54,302 nucleotides of DNA from Treponema sp. (GTDB taxonomy: Bacteria > Spirochaetota > Spirochaetia > Treponematales > Breznakiellaceae), in NCBI GenBank assembly GCA_031255285.1, contig JAIRSU010000089.1, forward strand, positions 1-54,302. Reading direction: 5' to 3'. Shown one piece after another: positions 44,560 to 53,354 of the stretch. The translations under genes and the position numbers were made by a program. Every line of letters begins with the position of its first letter. Position 1 is the first letter of the stretch. The notes under the pieces are model-generated. The model saw nothing but the letters and a program-made list of their open reading frames with translations, was not told the origin of the DNA and did no database searches.

Positions 44560-44651
44560 ATAGCCAGCTCATAACAGATGCTGTTCGGAATGTTCGGAAA
44601 GGGAAAAGGAGCGCGGCTGTTTCCAAAAGCTCTCCTGTAATTTCTTGCGTT

Positions 44652-45281
44652 CTAAAAGAGTTTGCTTGGAAAGAATTTCCCATAACGTTGCCAGCGGCCG
44701 TTGTTCTTTTTATTGCCTTCGTCAATGATCTTGAATATGAAGGCGGCGAAACTGACATCGTCGCCGCTGTCGGGGGGGGAAAAGCCTATTGTCTGAAATG
44801 GTTCTGAAGTTGCAACAGTAAGTAGTCCTTGTGTGAAGGCCTGAAACGCGGCACACGCGACTGGCGCGAGTAGGTCTTCAGGAGGCTTTGAAAGCACCAT
44901 TGCCAGAGTGCCTGCCTTCCTCGCTCTGAAAGTTGCGGTCAATTCCTTGCCCAACAAAAGCCAGCCTTTTATATGGTCGTTTACTAGACTCTCAACTTTT
45001 CCGCTATCAAAATGCTCTCTGCAGAGACAGGGCGGCGTACATACGAGAATGGCTTCATTGACCTGTCCCAAACGATTCTCTGCACCGAGAAGCAATGCGC
45101 GTGCCGCAATAGGACTGCCCGGATTCCAGTTCAACATCTCTGCACTCGAAACGGTAAGTATCTTATCGGCTTGGTCTGGGATAAAAGCTGTCACAAAATG
45201 CTCCACCCGCCGCGCCGCCTCCTCTGTCAGAGCTGTTAATAGAGGGGAATTGTTTCCCGCAATTAGTATACCGCGTGTCAT
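44652..45281 (-). CDS. Hypothetical protein with degenerate Rossmann/SDR-like N-terminus
   Basis: 209-aa ORF starting GILIAGNNSPLLTAL. No catalytic SDR motifs recognised. Contains a C8 run at 44772-44779. Confidence 0.55.
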   Translation of the reverse strand: MTRGILIAGNNSPLLTALTEEAARRVEHFVTAFIPDQADKILTVSSAEMLNWNPGSPIAARALLLGAENRLGQVNEAILVCTPPCLCREHFDSGKVESLVNDHIKGWLLLGKELTATFRARKAGTLAMVLSKPPEDLLAPVACAAFQAFTQGLLTVATSEPFQTIGFSPPDSGDDVSFAAFIFKIIDEGNKKNNGRWQRYGKFFPSKLF

Positions 45282-45370
45282 AATTGTATTTTATACATTT
45301 TCACTAACTTTCGCAAGTGGTCTAAATTCATTCACGGATAGCGTAGATTTTCTTGTTAATGGAATTAGGA

Positions 45371-45400
45371 TTGAAGAAATCCGCTGTCTTGATGTATAAT
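45371..45400 (+). promoter_or_regulatory. Promoter abutting the murJ ATG
   Basis: TTGAAG-18 nt-TATAAT-7 nt-ATG (45408). Confidence 0.5.
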
Positions 45401-45407
45401 TGATATT

Positions 45408-46967
45408 ATGGCAACCATCCGATCTATTCTCAGGCACGGGTCTACGTTGTCCCTGCTTACTATGATATCTCGTGTGTTAGGACTCCTGCGGGAAATGACA
45501 AAGGCCAGACTGCTTGGCACTACCGCGCTCTCGGATACATTTTCAGTCGCTTTTATGATACCAAATCTGTTCCGCCGACTCTTCGCAGAAGGTTCTATCG
45601 CCGTTGCCTTTATTCCAACTTTTAAGAAATGCATCGTCGAAGACAGTAAAGACGAAATAAGAAATTTTCTCTCGTGTGTGTTCACATTCCTCACTTTTCT
45701 CGTAACGGCTGCAGTCGTCATCGGAATTTTGCTTTCTCCTCTCATTGTGTCTCTATTCGGCTTAAAAGAATTCGACGAAACTGTTCTTCTTACCCGCATC
45801 ATGTTCCCGTTTCTCGCATTCATATCTATTGCGGCTTTCTTCCAAGGCATCTTGAATAGTATAGGTGTGTTCACGCCGTCTGGAGCCGCGCCTATATTGC
45901 TCAATATTATGATGATAGTATGCGCCTATGCGCTAAAAGACTTGGTCGGCAACTCTGCCCGCGCCATGGCTATCGGCGTTCTCATCGGCGGATTTCTTGA
46001 AGCCGGTATTCAGCTTCCCTTTATTATGAAAAAAGGCTTCTCGTTTTTCTTCACAAGCATCCAAAAAGCCGTCAAGCACCCCGGTACGCAGACCATTCTG
46101 AAGCTTATAGGACCAACTGTCGTCGGCATGGCCGCATATCAGCTCAACGACCTCGCGTCCACAGCGCTGGCGGGCAATGCGGGGCAAGGAGTCGTGTCCA
46201 GTCTACAGTATTCGCTACGGTTACAGGAACTCATACTTGGTGTTTTCGCGGTTTCTATAGGTACAGTACTGTTGCCGGACTTTGCAGAATACGCCAAAAC
46301 CAATAATTGGAATATGTTTAATGCGCGTCTGCAATCTGCAGTTAATATCATTGCCTTTATTACTGTGCCAATCACCTTCTTCGCCATATGCCAAGGCGAA
46401 ACACTCATCCGCTTGTTGTTTCAAGGACGCTCTTTCACCGAAGAATCGGTAGCTCTGACAAAGACGGCGTTTACCTTTCACGCGCCAGCTCTGCTTTTTA
46501 TCGCACTGAACCGCATCCTCGCGCCAGCTTTCTACGCACAAAGCGACACGAAATCCCCGACCCTTGCAGGCATCATCTCTTTCGCGGTCAACATAGCGCT
46601 TGCATCTGTAATGGCGAGGAAATTCCGCGGCGCAGGTATTGCCTTTGCACTTACGGTAGCAAGTGCTATCAATACGATACTCCTCTTTTACTTTTTGAAG
46701 AAAAAACCATTCATTCAAATAGGTGGTGTCTTGAAACCGATACTTTATATTGCCAAGCTATGTCTCTTTTCGATGATAGCCTTAATTCCCGTGCTTCTCT
46801 TGAACCAAAAGATGCTCACCCTTTTCGTTGGATACAACCGCTTTGTTCATCACGGGTTTCCCTTTGTCATAGCCGCGTCCGTGTTTTTCTCCATAGAATT
46901 AGCATTACTCATCCTTACAAAGGATGTACAGACGCGCAAACTGATTTCCATAGTGAAATTTAGGTAA
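45408..46967 (+). CDS. murJ: Lipid II flippase MurJ (MviN)
   Basis: 519 aa, polytopic, with the N-terminal signature SRVLGLLREMTKARLLGT...SDTFSVAFMIPNLFRRLFAEGS...AFIPTF. Confidence 0.9.
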   Translation: MATIRSILRHGSTLSLLTMISRVLGLLREMTKARLLGTTALSDTFSVAFMIPNLFRRLFAEGSIAVAFIPTFKKCIVEDSKDEIRNFLSCVFTFLTFLVTAAVVIGILLSPLIVSLFGLKEFDETVLLTRIMFPFLAFISIAAFFQGILNSIGVFTPSGAAPILLNIMMIVCAYALKDLVGNSARAMAIGVLIGGFLEAGIQLPFIMKKGFSFFFTSIQKAVKHPGTQTILKLIGPTVVGMAAYQLNDLASTALAGNAGQGVVSSLQYSLRLQELILGVFAVSIGTVLLPDFAEYAKTNNWNMFNARLQSAVNIIAFITVPITFFAICQGETLIRLLFQGRSFTEESVALTKTAFTFHAPALLFIALNRILAPAFYAQSDTKSPTLAGIISFAVNIALASVMARKFRGAGIAFALTVASAINTILLFYFLKKKPFIQIGGVLKPILYIAKLCLFSMIALIPVLLLNQKMLTLFVGYNRFVHHGFPFVIAASVFFSIELALLILTKDVQTRKLISIVKFR

Positions 46968-47011
46968 ATTATCTTATTGAGAATGGGAGCCGTTTTCTAG
47001 GAAAATAAATT

Positions 47012-47674
47012 ATGAGTATCGTTAAAATTCTAATAGTAGATGACCATCCGTTGTTCAGCAAGGGACTTACTTCTCTTGTCGTAAGTAAACCCACCTATAA
47101 GGTTGTCGCAGAGGCGAAGAATTCCATAGAGGCTCTGAAGGCTGTGCGAGAAGAGAAACCGAATCTAGCTATTGTTGACCTCAATTTAGGGGATGAAAAT
47201 GGACTCGATTTAATTACAGAGATGATGGCGATTGACGCAAACCTTCCTATCTTGGTGCTTTCTATGCACGACGAACGTTACTATTCGGAGCGGGTCTTAC
47301 GGCTTGGCGCGAGAGGTTACATCATGAAGGATGAAGCTGGCAACAAGGTGCTTGACGCTATAAAGACGGTTTTGGCCGGCAAAGTATATTTGAGCGACTC
47401 TGAGCAAGAGAGGCTCTCAGAAGCCGCCGCTCTCGACAACGTCAAAGCGAACAAAGAGTGGTATGCGTCGGTGAAAAAACTGTCTAATCGCCAGTTTGAA
47501 ATATTCTCACTCTTGGGCAAAGGCTACGGCACTATAGAGATCGCCGCAAAGCTTAACCTTTCCTCTAAAACTATAGACACTCACAAGGAACATATCAAGC
47601 TGAAGCTTCACTGCCCTTCGGCTCAAGAACTCCGTCAGCTTGCAGTTGAATGGTCAAGCCACCCCGAAATGTGA
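47012..47674 (+). CDS. NarL/LuxR-family response regulator (REC plus LuxR HTH)
   Basis: ILIVDDHPLF, phospho-Asp context LAIVDLNLGDENG, and C-terminal LSNRQFEIFSLLGKGYGTIEIAAKLNLSSKTIDTHKEHI. No kinase gene is adjacent. Confidence 0.88.
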   Translation: MSIVKILIVDDHPLFSKGLTSLVVSKPTYKVVAEAKNSIEALKAVREEKPNLAIVDLNLGDENGLDLITEMMAIDANLPILVLSMHDERYYSERVLRLGARGYIMKDEAGNKVLDAIKTVLAGKVYLSDSEQERLSEAAALDNVKANKEWYASVKKLSNRQFEIFSLLGKGYGTIEIAAKLNLSSKTIDTHKEHIKLKLHCPSAQELRQLAVEWSSHPEM

Positions 47675-47861
47675 TTCTCTGCTTTATGTATACCGTCTTT
47701 TTGGAAATCAAGAGAAAACAAAACAGAGTCTTCGTAATGTCCTTATGACTCCAGTACGTTGAACTGTAACGGACGAACAAGAAATGAAAAAAAATAATGG
47801 GCTGTTGACGGTAATAACGGCAACAAAGGCAGCATTAAGTAAAGTCTGCATTGATGTTGTG

Positions 47862-49472
47862 CTATTGGGTATAGACCCCGGTAACGATGATGCCGCTCCA
47901 CAAGGATGAATAGGATTGTATGTCGCCCACGGCTTCCTCCCAGAAGTCCTGTAGTGCGTAATCTGGGTTGTGGCTTGTCTGCCTGCCGCGTGGATCCATT
48001 GGCGAAAGCGGGTTCTGCCCGCGGGAAAAGGCAATACGTTGACTATCAATATTACCGAAATACCATGTTCGTACGTCTTGCGGAAGGCTAAAATCTTTTG
48101 GTGCGAGTCCCGCTCCAAGACCCATATCAACAGGAACCCATCCCAAGCCTTCTATCCAAAATTCCGCCCAGTAATGTAAACTTGTCTCACGGAAACGATC
48201 TATTAGAACGCCGGCAATAGGAAGTGCGGGAATACCCACGCCCCGAACAAGCGTACAAAAGAGCAGGGATGCCGAATAAGAGTCGGCTTTTTTTTGTTCG
48301 AGGACGTTTTCTACTTCGTTATAAAGCGGCTCCGCTTGAACGATAATAGCATCGAGAATCCAATCATAAACCTTTTTTGCCTTGACATAGGGATTCCGTT
48401 CTCGCCCCACAATGGTTTCCGCAAGCTCCTGCATCTTATCCACAGGCAACAATGGAGTCTCTTGTAGGAATACATCTGGCATGGAATTCTGAGAAGATAC
48501 ACTGGATGGGTTTATGTTCGTTTCAATACCATAAGTATCCACAACGTAGGACAGATTTATATCAATATTGGTATTAGAAACAACATCTTTCAACTGAAAA
48601 AGACTCGTTCCTCGGTAGTTTTCGGCTATAGGGTCCCTATTACGGGACAAAAGTTGAATATTCGGCTGAGATGCAGACATGGTCGGCTCCGGAATCCACA
48701 CATAGAGCGTGTTCGGCGCGGAAGCGTCTTGTACCCTGATATTTACTGAATACGAAATTGTATAACTGCGTTTATCTTTGAAGATTTTGAACCCCGGTTT
48801 TCCGGTTACTTCAAGATAGACGGGAAGAGATTTTCTCTGCGGTGTGTAGACCTCAATATTACCGCTTATCGCGCCATCCGGAATATGCACCCTGATTTCT
48901 TCATTCGTCCATTTTTCATCCCCAAACCCACTATTTATTGCCTTCACAGTAGTTTGTGTGGAGTTTTCTGCGGACCACGAGAACAAAACCCCTCTGTTTT
49001 CGGTGTTTAGTCCGAATCCGTTTCCCCGTATACTTATGAGCGAGCCTACAGACGCGGACTTAGGAGTTATTTCATCTATGATTGGACCTGCTCGGCTGAT
49101 CGTATGAGGCGATTGCGGTATATTACCGCGATCTGAGAATAGAACCGGGTTACTCTTCCGTCCTCCTCTATGTACGTAGATAAGACCAGCATTTCCAAAT
49201 TCGGGAAGACGGACTCGAATGAGAGTGTTTGACCATTCGAGATACGATGATGAGGTCGGCTCCTGTCCCGCTATGGTGATATAGGATGTTCCTTGCTCAC
49301 TACCAAAGTTTTCACCAGCGATGCTGACAATATCACCCATACCGCCAATTTTCGGGTCCATAGCAATAATACGGGGAGGCTTCTCTTTGCAGGCAGACAG
49401 AAAGACGGACAGAAGAGTTATAATAAACGCAGGAAAAATTTTCGGCGTACCAAAAGGGTCAATTTTCATCAC
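47862..49472 (-). CDS. Lipoprotein with IPT/TIG domains and C-terminal transglutaminase-like cysteine protease domain
   Basis: Has a lipobox LLSVFLSAC, TIG-like GDIVSIAGENFG and GSLISIRGNGFG, and a transglutaminase core LLFCTLVRGVGIPA...HYWAEFW...GWVPVD. Confidence 0.78.
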   Translation of the reverse strand: MMKIDPFGTPKIFPAFIITLLSVFLSACKEKPPRIIAMDPKIGGMGDIVSIAGENFGSEQGTSYITIAGQEPTSSSYLEWSNTLIRVRLPEFGNAGLIYVHRGGRKSNPVLFSDRGNIPQSPHTISRAGPIIDEITPKSASVGSLISIRGNGFGLNTENRGVLFSWSAENSTQTTVKAINSGFGDEKWTNEEIRVHIPDGAISGNIEVYTPQRKSLPVYLEVTGKPGFKIFKDKRSYTISYSVNIRVQDASAPNTLYVWIPEPTMSASQPNIQLLSRNRDPIAENYRGTSLFQLKDVVSNTNIDINLSYVVDTYGIETNINPSSVSSQNSMPDVFLQETPLLPVDKMQELAETIVGRERNPYVKAKKVYDWILDAIIVQAEPLYNEVENVLEQKKADSYSASLLFCTLVRGVGIPALPIAGVLIDRFRETSLHYWAEFWIEGLGWVPVDMGLGAGLAPKDFSLPQDVRTWYFGNIDSQRIAFSRGQNPLSPMDPRGRQTSHNPDYALQDFWEEAVGDIQSYSSLWSGIIVTGVYTQ

Positions 49473-49998
49473 TTCTCAAGGCTTCTGTATCAGAGGAGGA
49501 CTCTTCAGGTTTTCCATCATATTCTTGCGTGATTTCTTCTCTGTAAGGGTGAAGTCTGAGGAGAATTTCGATGACGGACCCATCGGAGTTAGAAGAGCCG
49601 AGAGGCAAGAAGTAGACTTCTTCACCGAAGGTAATAGGGATGGTCTGCATAATAGTTTGATAACGCATACCCTGCTGGGGAATATCGACCCAGATTTGCC
49701 CTTGGGCGACAAGTACAGTACGCCCGTCGCGACGGATGTAGGGAGTGAATTGCACGACGACCACGATATTTGAACCAATGAACTTTATACTCACCGCCTT
49801 TCCCGGAATGGTAACCTTTGAACTTTTTGAATTCCATACTTCCTCACTGTTATTTTCCAGAATTCGCGCTGTTATATCAAGTACGACTGCCTTATCTTTA
49901 AGCCCTGGCAGTAGAGATTCAATATCCTGTGAAAACGCGGTTCCCGCAGTAAAGAGCAAAAATCCGCCTAGTACAGAAAACGCTTTCTTATGAATCAT
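49459..49998 (-). CDS. Secreted hypothetical protein
   Basis: 179 aa with the signal peptide MIHKKAFSVLGGFLLFTAGTAFSQ. It overlaps both neighbours by a few nt, consistent with an operon. Confidence 0.6.
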   Translation of the reverse strand: MIHKKAFSVLGGFLLFTAGTAFSQDIESLLPGLKDKAVVLDITARILENNSEEVWNSKSSKVTIPGKAVSIKFIGSNIVVVVQFTPYIRRDGRTVLVAQGQIWVDIPQQGMRYQTIMQTIPITFGEEVYFLPLGSSNSDGSVIEILLRLHPYREEITQEYDGKPEESSSDTEALRSDEN

Positions 49999-50564
49999 CG
50001 CACACCGGCTCTCCTTGGATAATCCGCCGCCCTAATAATCAAAGGATCGCCTGAGCTGGTGAAATTCTTAGTTTCAGGAAGCCGTATTATCACATACTCT
50101 GACCCGTTCTGCTGCCTCAGATACTGCATAAATCCATTTATATCCGATGGCGGAACAATATCCTGTACATCCATCTCTACTCCATTTTCCATCGAAGCCA
50201 TAGATGCAGACTGGGGCATCTGAGCTGGCGAAAAAAAACGAACTAGCGCGAAAACGAAAACGAAAATAAAAACAGCGGCGGCCGCCGCCACTGTGGGTAA
50301 CGATAAAGAAATTGACCTACTCCAAAACGCAGGCTTACACCTTTCAAAATATGGGGCGAGGTTTCTTAAGACCCGCTCCTTAGCTTCCTCTTCATAAGAG
50401 GGCTTCCCGTCTTCTTTTCTAAGTCCTTCCGAGCAAACGCTGAATTTTGCAAGCCGAGAAGCGCATTTCGCACATGAAGCAACATGAGTCTCCATCTTTT
50501 CTTCCCAGGGAGAAGGAAGTTCTCCATCAAAGTACACAGAAAGAAGTTGTTGTTCAGGACACAT
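49995..50564 (-). CDS. Anti-sigma factor (zf-HC2 type) with one TM helix
   Basis: The N-terminus is C...YFDGELP...HVASCAKCASRL, with a TM segment LPTVAAAAAVFIFVFVFALV. Confidence 0.8.
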   Translation of the reverse strand: MCPEQQLLSVYFDGELPSPWEEKMETHVASCAKCASRLAKFSVCSEGLRKEDGKPSYEEEAKERVLRNLAPYFERCKPAFWSRSISLSLPTVAAAAAVFIFVFVFALVRFFSPAQMPQSASMASMENGVEMDVQDIVPPSDINGFMQYLRQQNGSEYVIIRLPETKNFTSSGDPLIIRAADYPRRAGVR

Positions 50565-51084
50565 CTTGAACTCCTTGCGGCGGTTCCACCGTCTCTTGTA
50601 ATAAACTACTCAGGCGTTCACGCGCCCGAAATACCCGTACTTTAACATTTCCTTCGCTTATACCAAGCGTACGTCCAATTTCCTTGTAGTTCATTTCGGC
50701 ATATTCCTTCAGAATCAAAACCATGCGCAAATTTTCAGGCAGTTTCTTCAGCGCTTCCTGAACATCCGCCTTAGTCTCCTTCTTTATAACCTCTGTTTCT
50801 CCGGTTTCCATAATCCGCATGTCTTCACGAAAAGCTTTCTGATACGCCTTTTTCTCCCTTTCCTTACGTTTCACATAGTTCAACGCCGCGTTTTTAACTA
50901 CCCGTATAAGCCAATATTTAGCGTCATCCACGGAAGGAAAGTTCATGTTTTTTTCAAACAAGCGGGAAAAAGCATCTTGACAAAGGTCTTCCGCTACCTC
51001 CTCGTTATTGGCTATACGAAATGCAACTCTATACAAGATTGGAAATACCGTATCGTAGAGTCTGCGGAACTCTGTCTGCGACAT
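50554..51084 (-). CDS. ECF-family RNA polymerase sigma factor
   Basis: 176 aa with region 2 (...AEDLCQDAFSRLF...) and region 4 HTH (YAEMNYKEIGRTLGISEGNVKVRVFRARERL). SD is AGGAG. Confidence 0.88.
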   Translation of the reverse strand: MSQTEFRRLYDTVFPILYRVAFRIANNEEVAEDLCQDAFSRLFEKNMNFPSVDDAKYWLIRVVKNAALNYVKRKEREKKAYQKAFREDMRIMETGETEVIKKETKADVQEALKKLPENLRMVLILKEYAEMNYKEIGRTLGISEGNVKVRVFRARERLSSLLQETVEPPQGVQDVS

Positions 51085-51179
51085 GTATTCTCCTATTATC
51101 TAAACAGATTTTCTCTTTTTTAGTTACGAAAAAATCCTGCCATAAAAACACAAAAAAGTCAATGTCCACCTTCATCACA

Positions 51180-52265
51180 TTAGAAAAGACTTGTTTTTAA
51201 TCGTTTTTCTTTTTCAAAACGACTCACAGCCAAAGCGATAAGCCTGTCTATGAGGGAGGAATAAGAAAGTCCATCCGCCTCCCAAAGCTTGGGATACATA
51301 CTAATTCTGGTGAAACCCGGCATAGTGTTGATTTCATTGACGACCAGAGAGCCATCAGGTTTCAGAAAGAAGTCAACTCTGCCAAGACCCTCACAGCATA
51401 GAGCCTTGAACGTCTTGACAGCCAAACATTGGATGATTTCAACTATTTTCGACGGAAGCTCCGCAGGAATTTCGAGACGCGCTACTGTTTCATTCAAGTA
51501 CTTCGCCTCGTAAGAGTAAAATTCACGACTTGAGACTATTTCTCCGGGTGGAGAAGCGAGCGGTTCCTCATTCCCCAGCACGGAACATTCAATTTCACGT
51601 CCATGTATGAATTCTTCCAAAATAATTTTTGAGTCGTATTCAAACGCCTGTTCGAGCGCATACCTGAACTCTTCCTCGTTATGAACCTTGGTTATCCCGA
51701 CTGAAGATCCCATATTCGCAGGTTTTACGAAGAAAGGCATTCCAAGCTTGGCTACAACTTCGGTGAAAGACAAGTTTTCGTGAGATTTAAGCGCGATAAA
51801 TTCGCCAACAGGAAGCCCTGCGTCGCGAAGAAGGCGTTTCATCACATCCTTGTCCATACTCACCGCGGAAGCAAGCACGCCGGTTCCCACAAAAGGGACC
51901 CCTGCCAGTTTCAATAAACCTTGAACCGTACCGTCTTCACCGAAGGGACCATGTAGAATAGGAAAAACCACGTCAATTTTAGTCGACGATTTTAATCCGT
52001 TGACCAATAAGACACCGCCGCTTTCTGGGATAAGTGCACAAGACGGTGCGTCGCGCGATTCGAAAGCACAGCCATCGGCAATTTTGGCGTTCAGCGCGTC
52101 CTCTGACGTTAAGCGCCAGGCACCGTTTTTTTCTACACCAATAATAATCGGACTATACTTATTCCTGTCGAGAGCGTCGAGGACGTTCCTCGCAGACTGA
52201 ATAGATACCTCATGTTCCGCGGATTTACCGCCAAACAGAACAGCGATGTTAATTTTCTTTTGCAT
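51180..52265 (-). CDS. ddl: D-alanine--D-alanine ligase
   Basis: Start is moved to MQKKINIAVLFGGKSAEHEVS (52265). ATP-grasp blocks are PFFVKPANMGSSVGI and EINTMPGFT. The 65 upstream codons of the ORF run through a dispersed repeat and a promoter. Confidence 0.9.
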   Translation of the reverse strand: MQKKINIAVLFGGKSAEHEVSIQSARNVLDALDRNKYSPIIIGVEKNGAWRLTSEDALNAKIADGCAFESRDAPSCALIPESGGVLLVNGLKSSTKIDVVFPILHGPFGEDGTVQGLLKLAGVPFVGTGVLASAVSMDKDVMKRLLRDAGLPVGEFIALKSHENLSFTEVVAKLGMPFFVKPANMGSSVGITKVHNEEEFRYALEQAFEYDSKIILEEFIHGREIECSVLGNEEPLASPPGEIVSSREFYSYEAKYLNETVARLEIPAELPSKIVEIIQCLAVKTFKALCCEGLGRVDFFLKPDGSLVVNEINTMPGFTRISMYPKLWEADGLSYSSLIDRLIALAVSRFEKEKRLKTSLF

Positions 52266-52272
52266 AAAGGAT

Positions 52273-52301
52273 AGTATAAACCATTTCTCGCCGTCTCGCA
52301 A
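52273..52301 (-). promoter_or_regulatory. Promoter abutting the ddl ATG, with its -35 overlapping a repeat hairpin
   Basis: Minus-sense TTGCGA-17 nt-TATACT-7 nt-ATG. The TT of the -35 box is the end of the hairpin AACAGGCGAAGCCTGTT. Confidence 0.5.
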
Positions 52302-52445
52302 CAGGCTTCGCCTGTTTAAAAAACTTCTTATGGGACGTTGCCTGAAAGTCTGTTCCGCTATCCTACTGATAGTTGCGCGGTAGGCTTCGCCTATCAGACA
52401 ACTTCCTACAGGGCATCGTCTGATTGAGCCACAGAGGGCACCCAG
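52300..52445 (-). repeat. Dispersed intergenic repeat, copy C (longest)
   Basis: Minus-sense ...CAGACGATGCCCTGTAGGAAGTTGTCTGATAGGCGAAGCCTACCGCG...AAACAGGCGAAGCCTGTTG. It holds two hairpins (TAGGC/GCCTA and CAGGC/GCCTG) and aligns with copies A, B and D. Confidence 0.75.
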
Positions 52446-52548
52446 TCTGCGTCCCTCCATCCGCCGATGCTAGACACCTCTCCGTCAGGTGTAGCCGTCA
52501 AGACGAGGACAACCCTGATATCAAAAGACTTTATAGACAGATACTAGG

Positions 52549-53270
52549 CTAGAGAAGTTGCGACTCGCAAGTCAAGCTATGAATACTTTTTACAAAAGTT
52601 AATGTATTTTGCGGATTAGATACATCATAAATCCAGTTATTATTAGATTCCTGTATTGCCTTTTTGTTGCCGCTGCAGCCTATAAGCAAGCTGTGAAATT
52701 TTGTCTTATTATCCTGCACCGCTTTGATTTGTCTCTGTATCTGCTCATCAAAACCGCGGTCATAATAAAATCGGAAACGACAATCACATCGGCTTTTTTA
52801 TAATCCTCCGCTTTCAGCATATGCAACGCTTCTTTCATCGCGGGTGTCGGTAGAGAGTTTTTGCAAACCGGTGCACTCGCTTTTACCGGAAACGGAACCA
52901 AAATTAATAAAACGGGGAGGGGAAAATTGGGATCAGTCATCGAGCACAACTTCTTCGTCTTTGAGCTTTTTATAACCGTAATGTAGGATTCGACAATAAA
53001 TGCTAATTCTGGTTTTACAAAAAGATTGGTATGGAGATGTCCCAAGTCCTTGTTCCGGAATGATTCTATTCGTCCTAACGCTCTTTCGCCTGTCGCAGGT
53101 ATTGGGTCACCCGTTCATCCCAATATCTCTCTACCGATGGATGCGGTTTTTTGGTTTTCTGCCGCTTGTCTCCTTGAACAACTGTTTTAAGCTTATAATC
53201 TTTATTGTTTATGGAAATATGAAATTTATCTTTTCTTTTTTTATTGGAAATCTTTGGTGTCCATTAAATG
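52549..53270 (-). pseudogene. Decayed ViaA/CoxE-like von Willebrand A-domain gene
   Basis: The C-terminal half can be reassembled only by switching frames: ...LQKLSTDT | TPAMKEALHMLKAEDYKKADVIVVSDFIM | DRGFDEQIQRQIKAVQDNKTKFHSLLIGCSGNKKAIQESNNNWIYDVSNP. Upstream fragments (KPHPSVERYWDERVTQYLRQAKER, YKKLKDEEVVLDD) are interrupted by stops. Confidence 0.6.
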
Positions 53271-53354
53271 ATTGATACTGTTTGTAGTAGAGGTAAACAC
53301 TAAACGAAACACGCCCGACAAAAAGGAGAACCGCCGGGATTCAAAGCCCTGGTA

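Noticed and set aside
52266-52460. 65-codon N-terminal extension of the ddl ORF (track start 52460)
   Set aside because: The extension runs through a dispersed repeat copy and a well-formed promoter (TTGCGA-17-TATACT). The canonical Ddl N-terminus MQKKINIAVLFGGKSAEHEVS begins at 52265.
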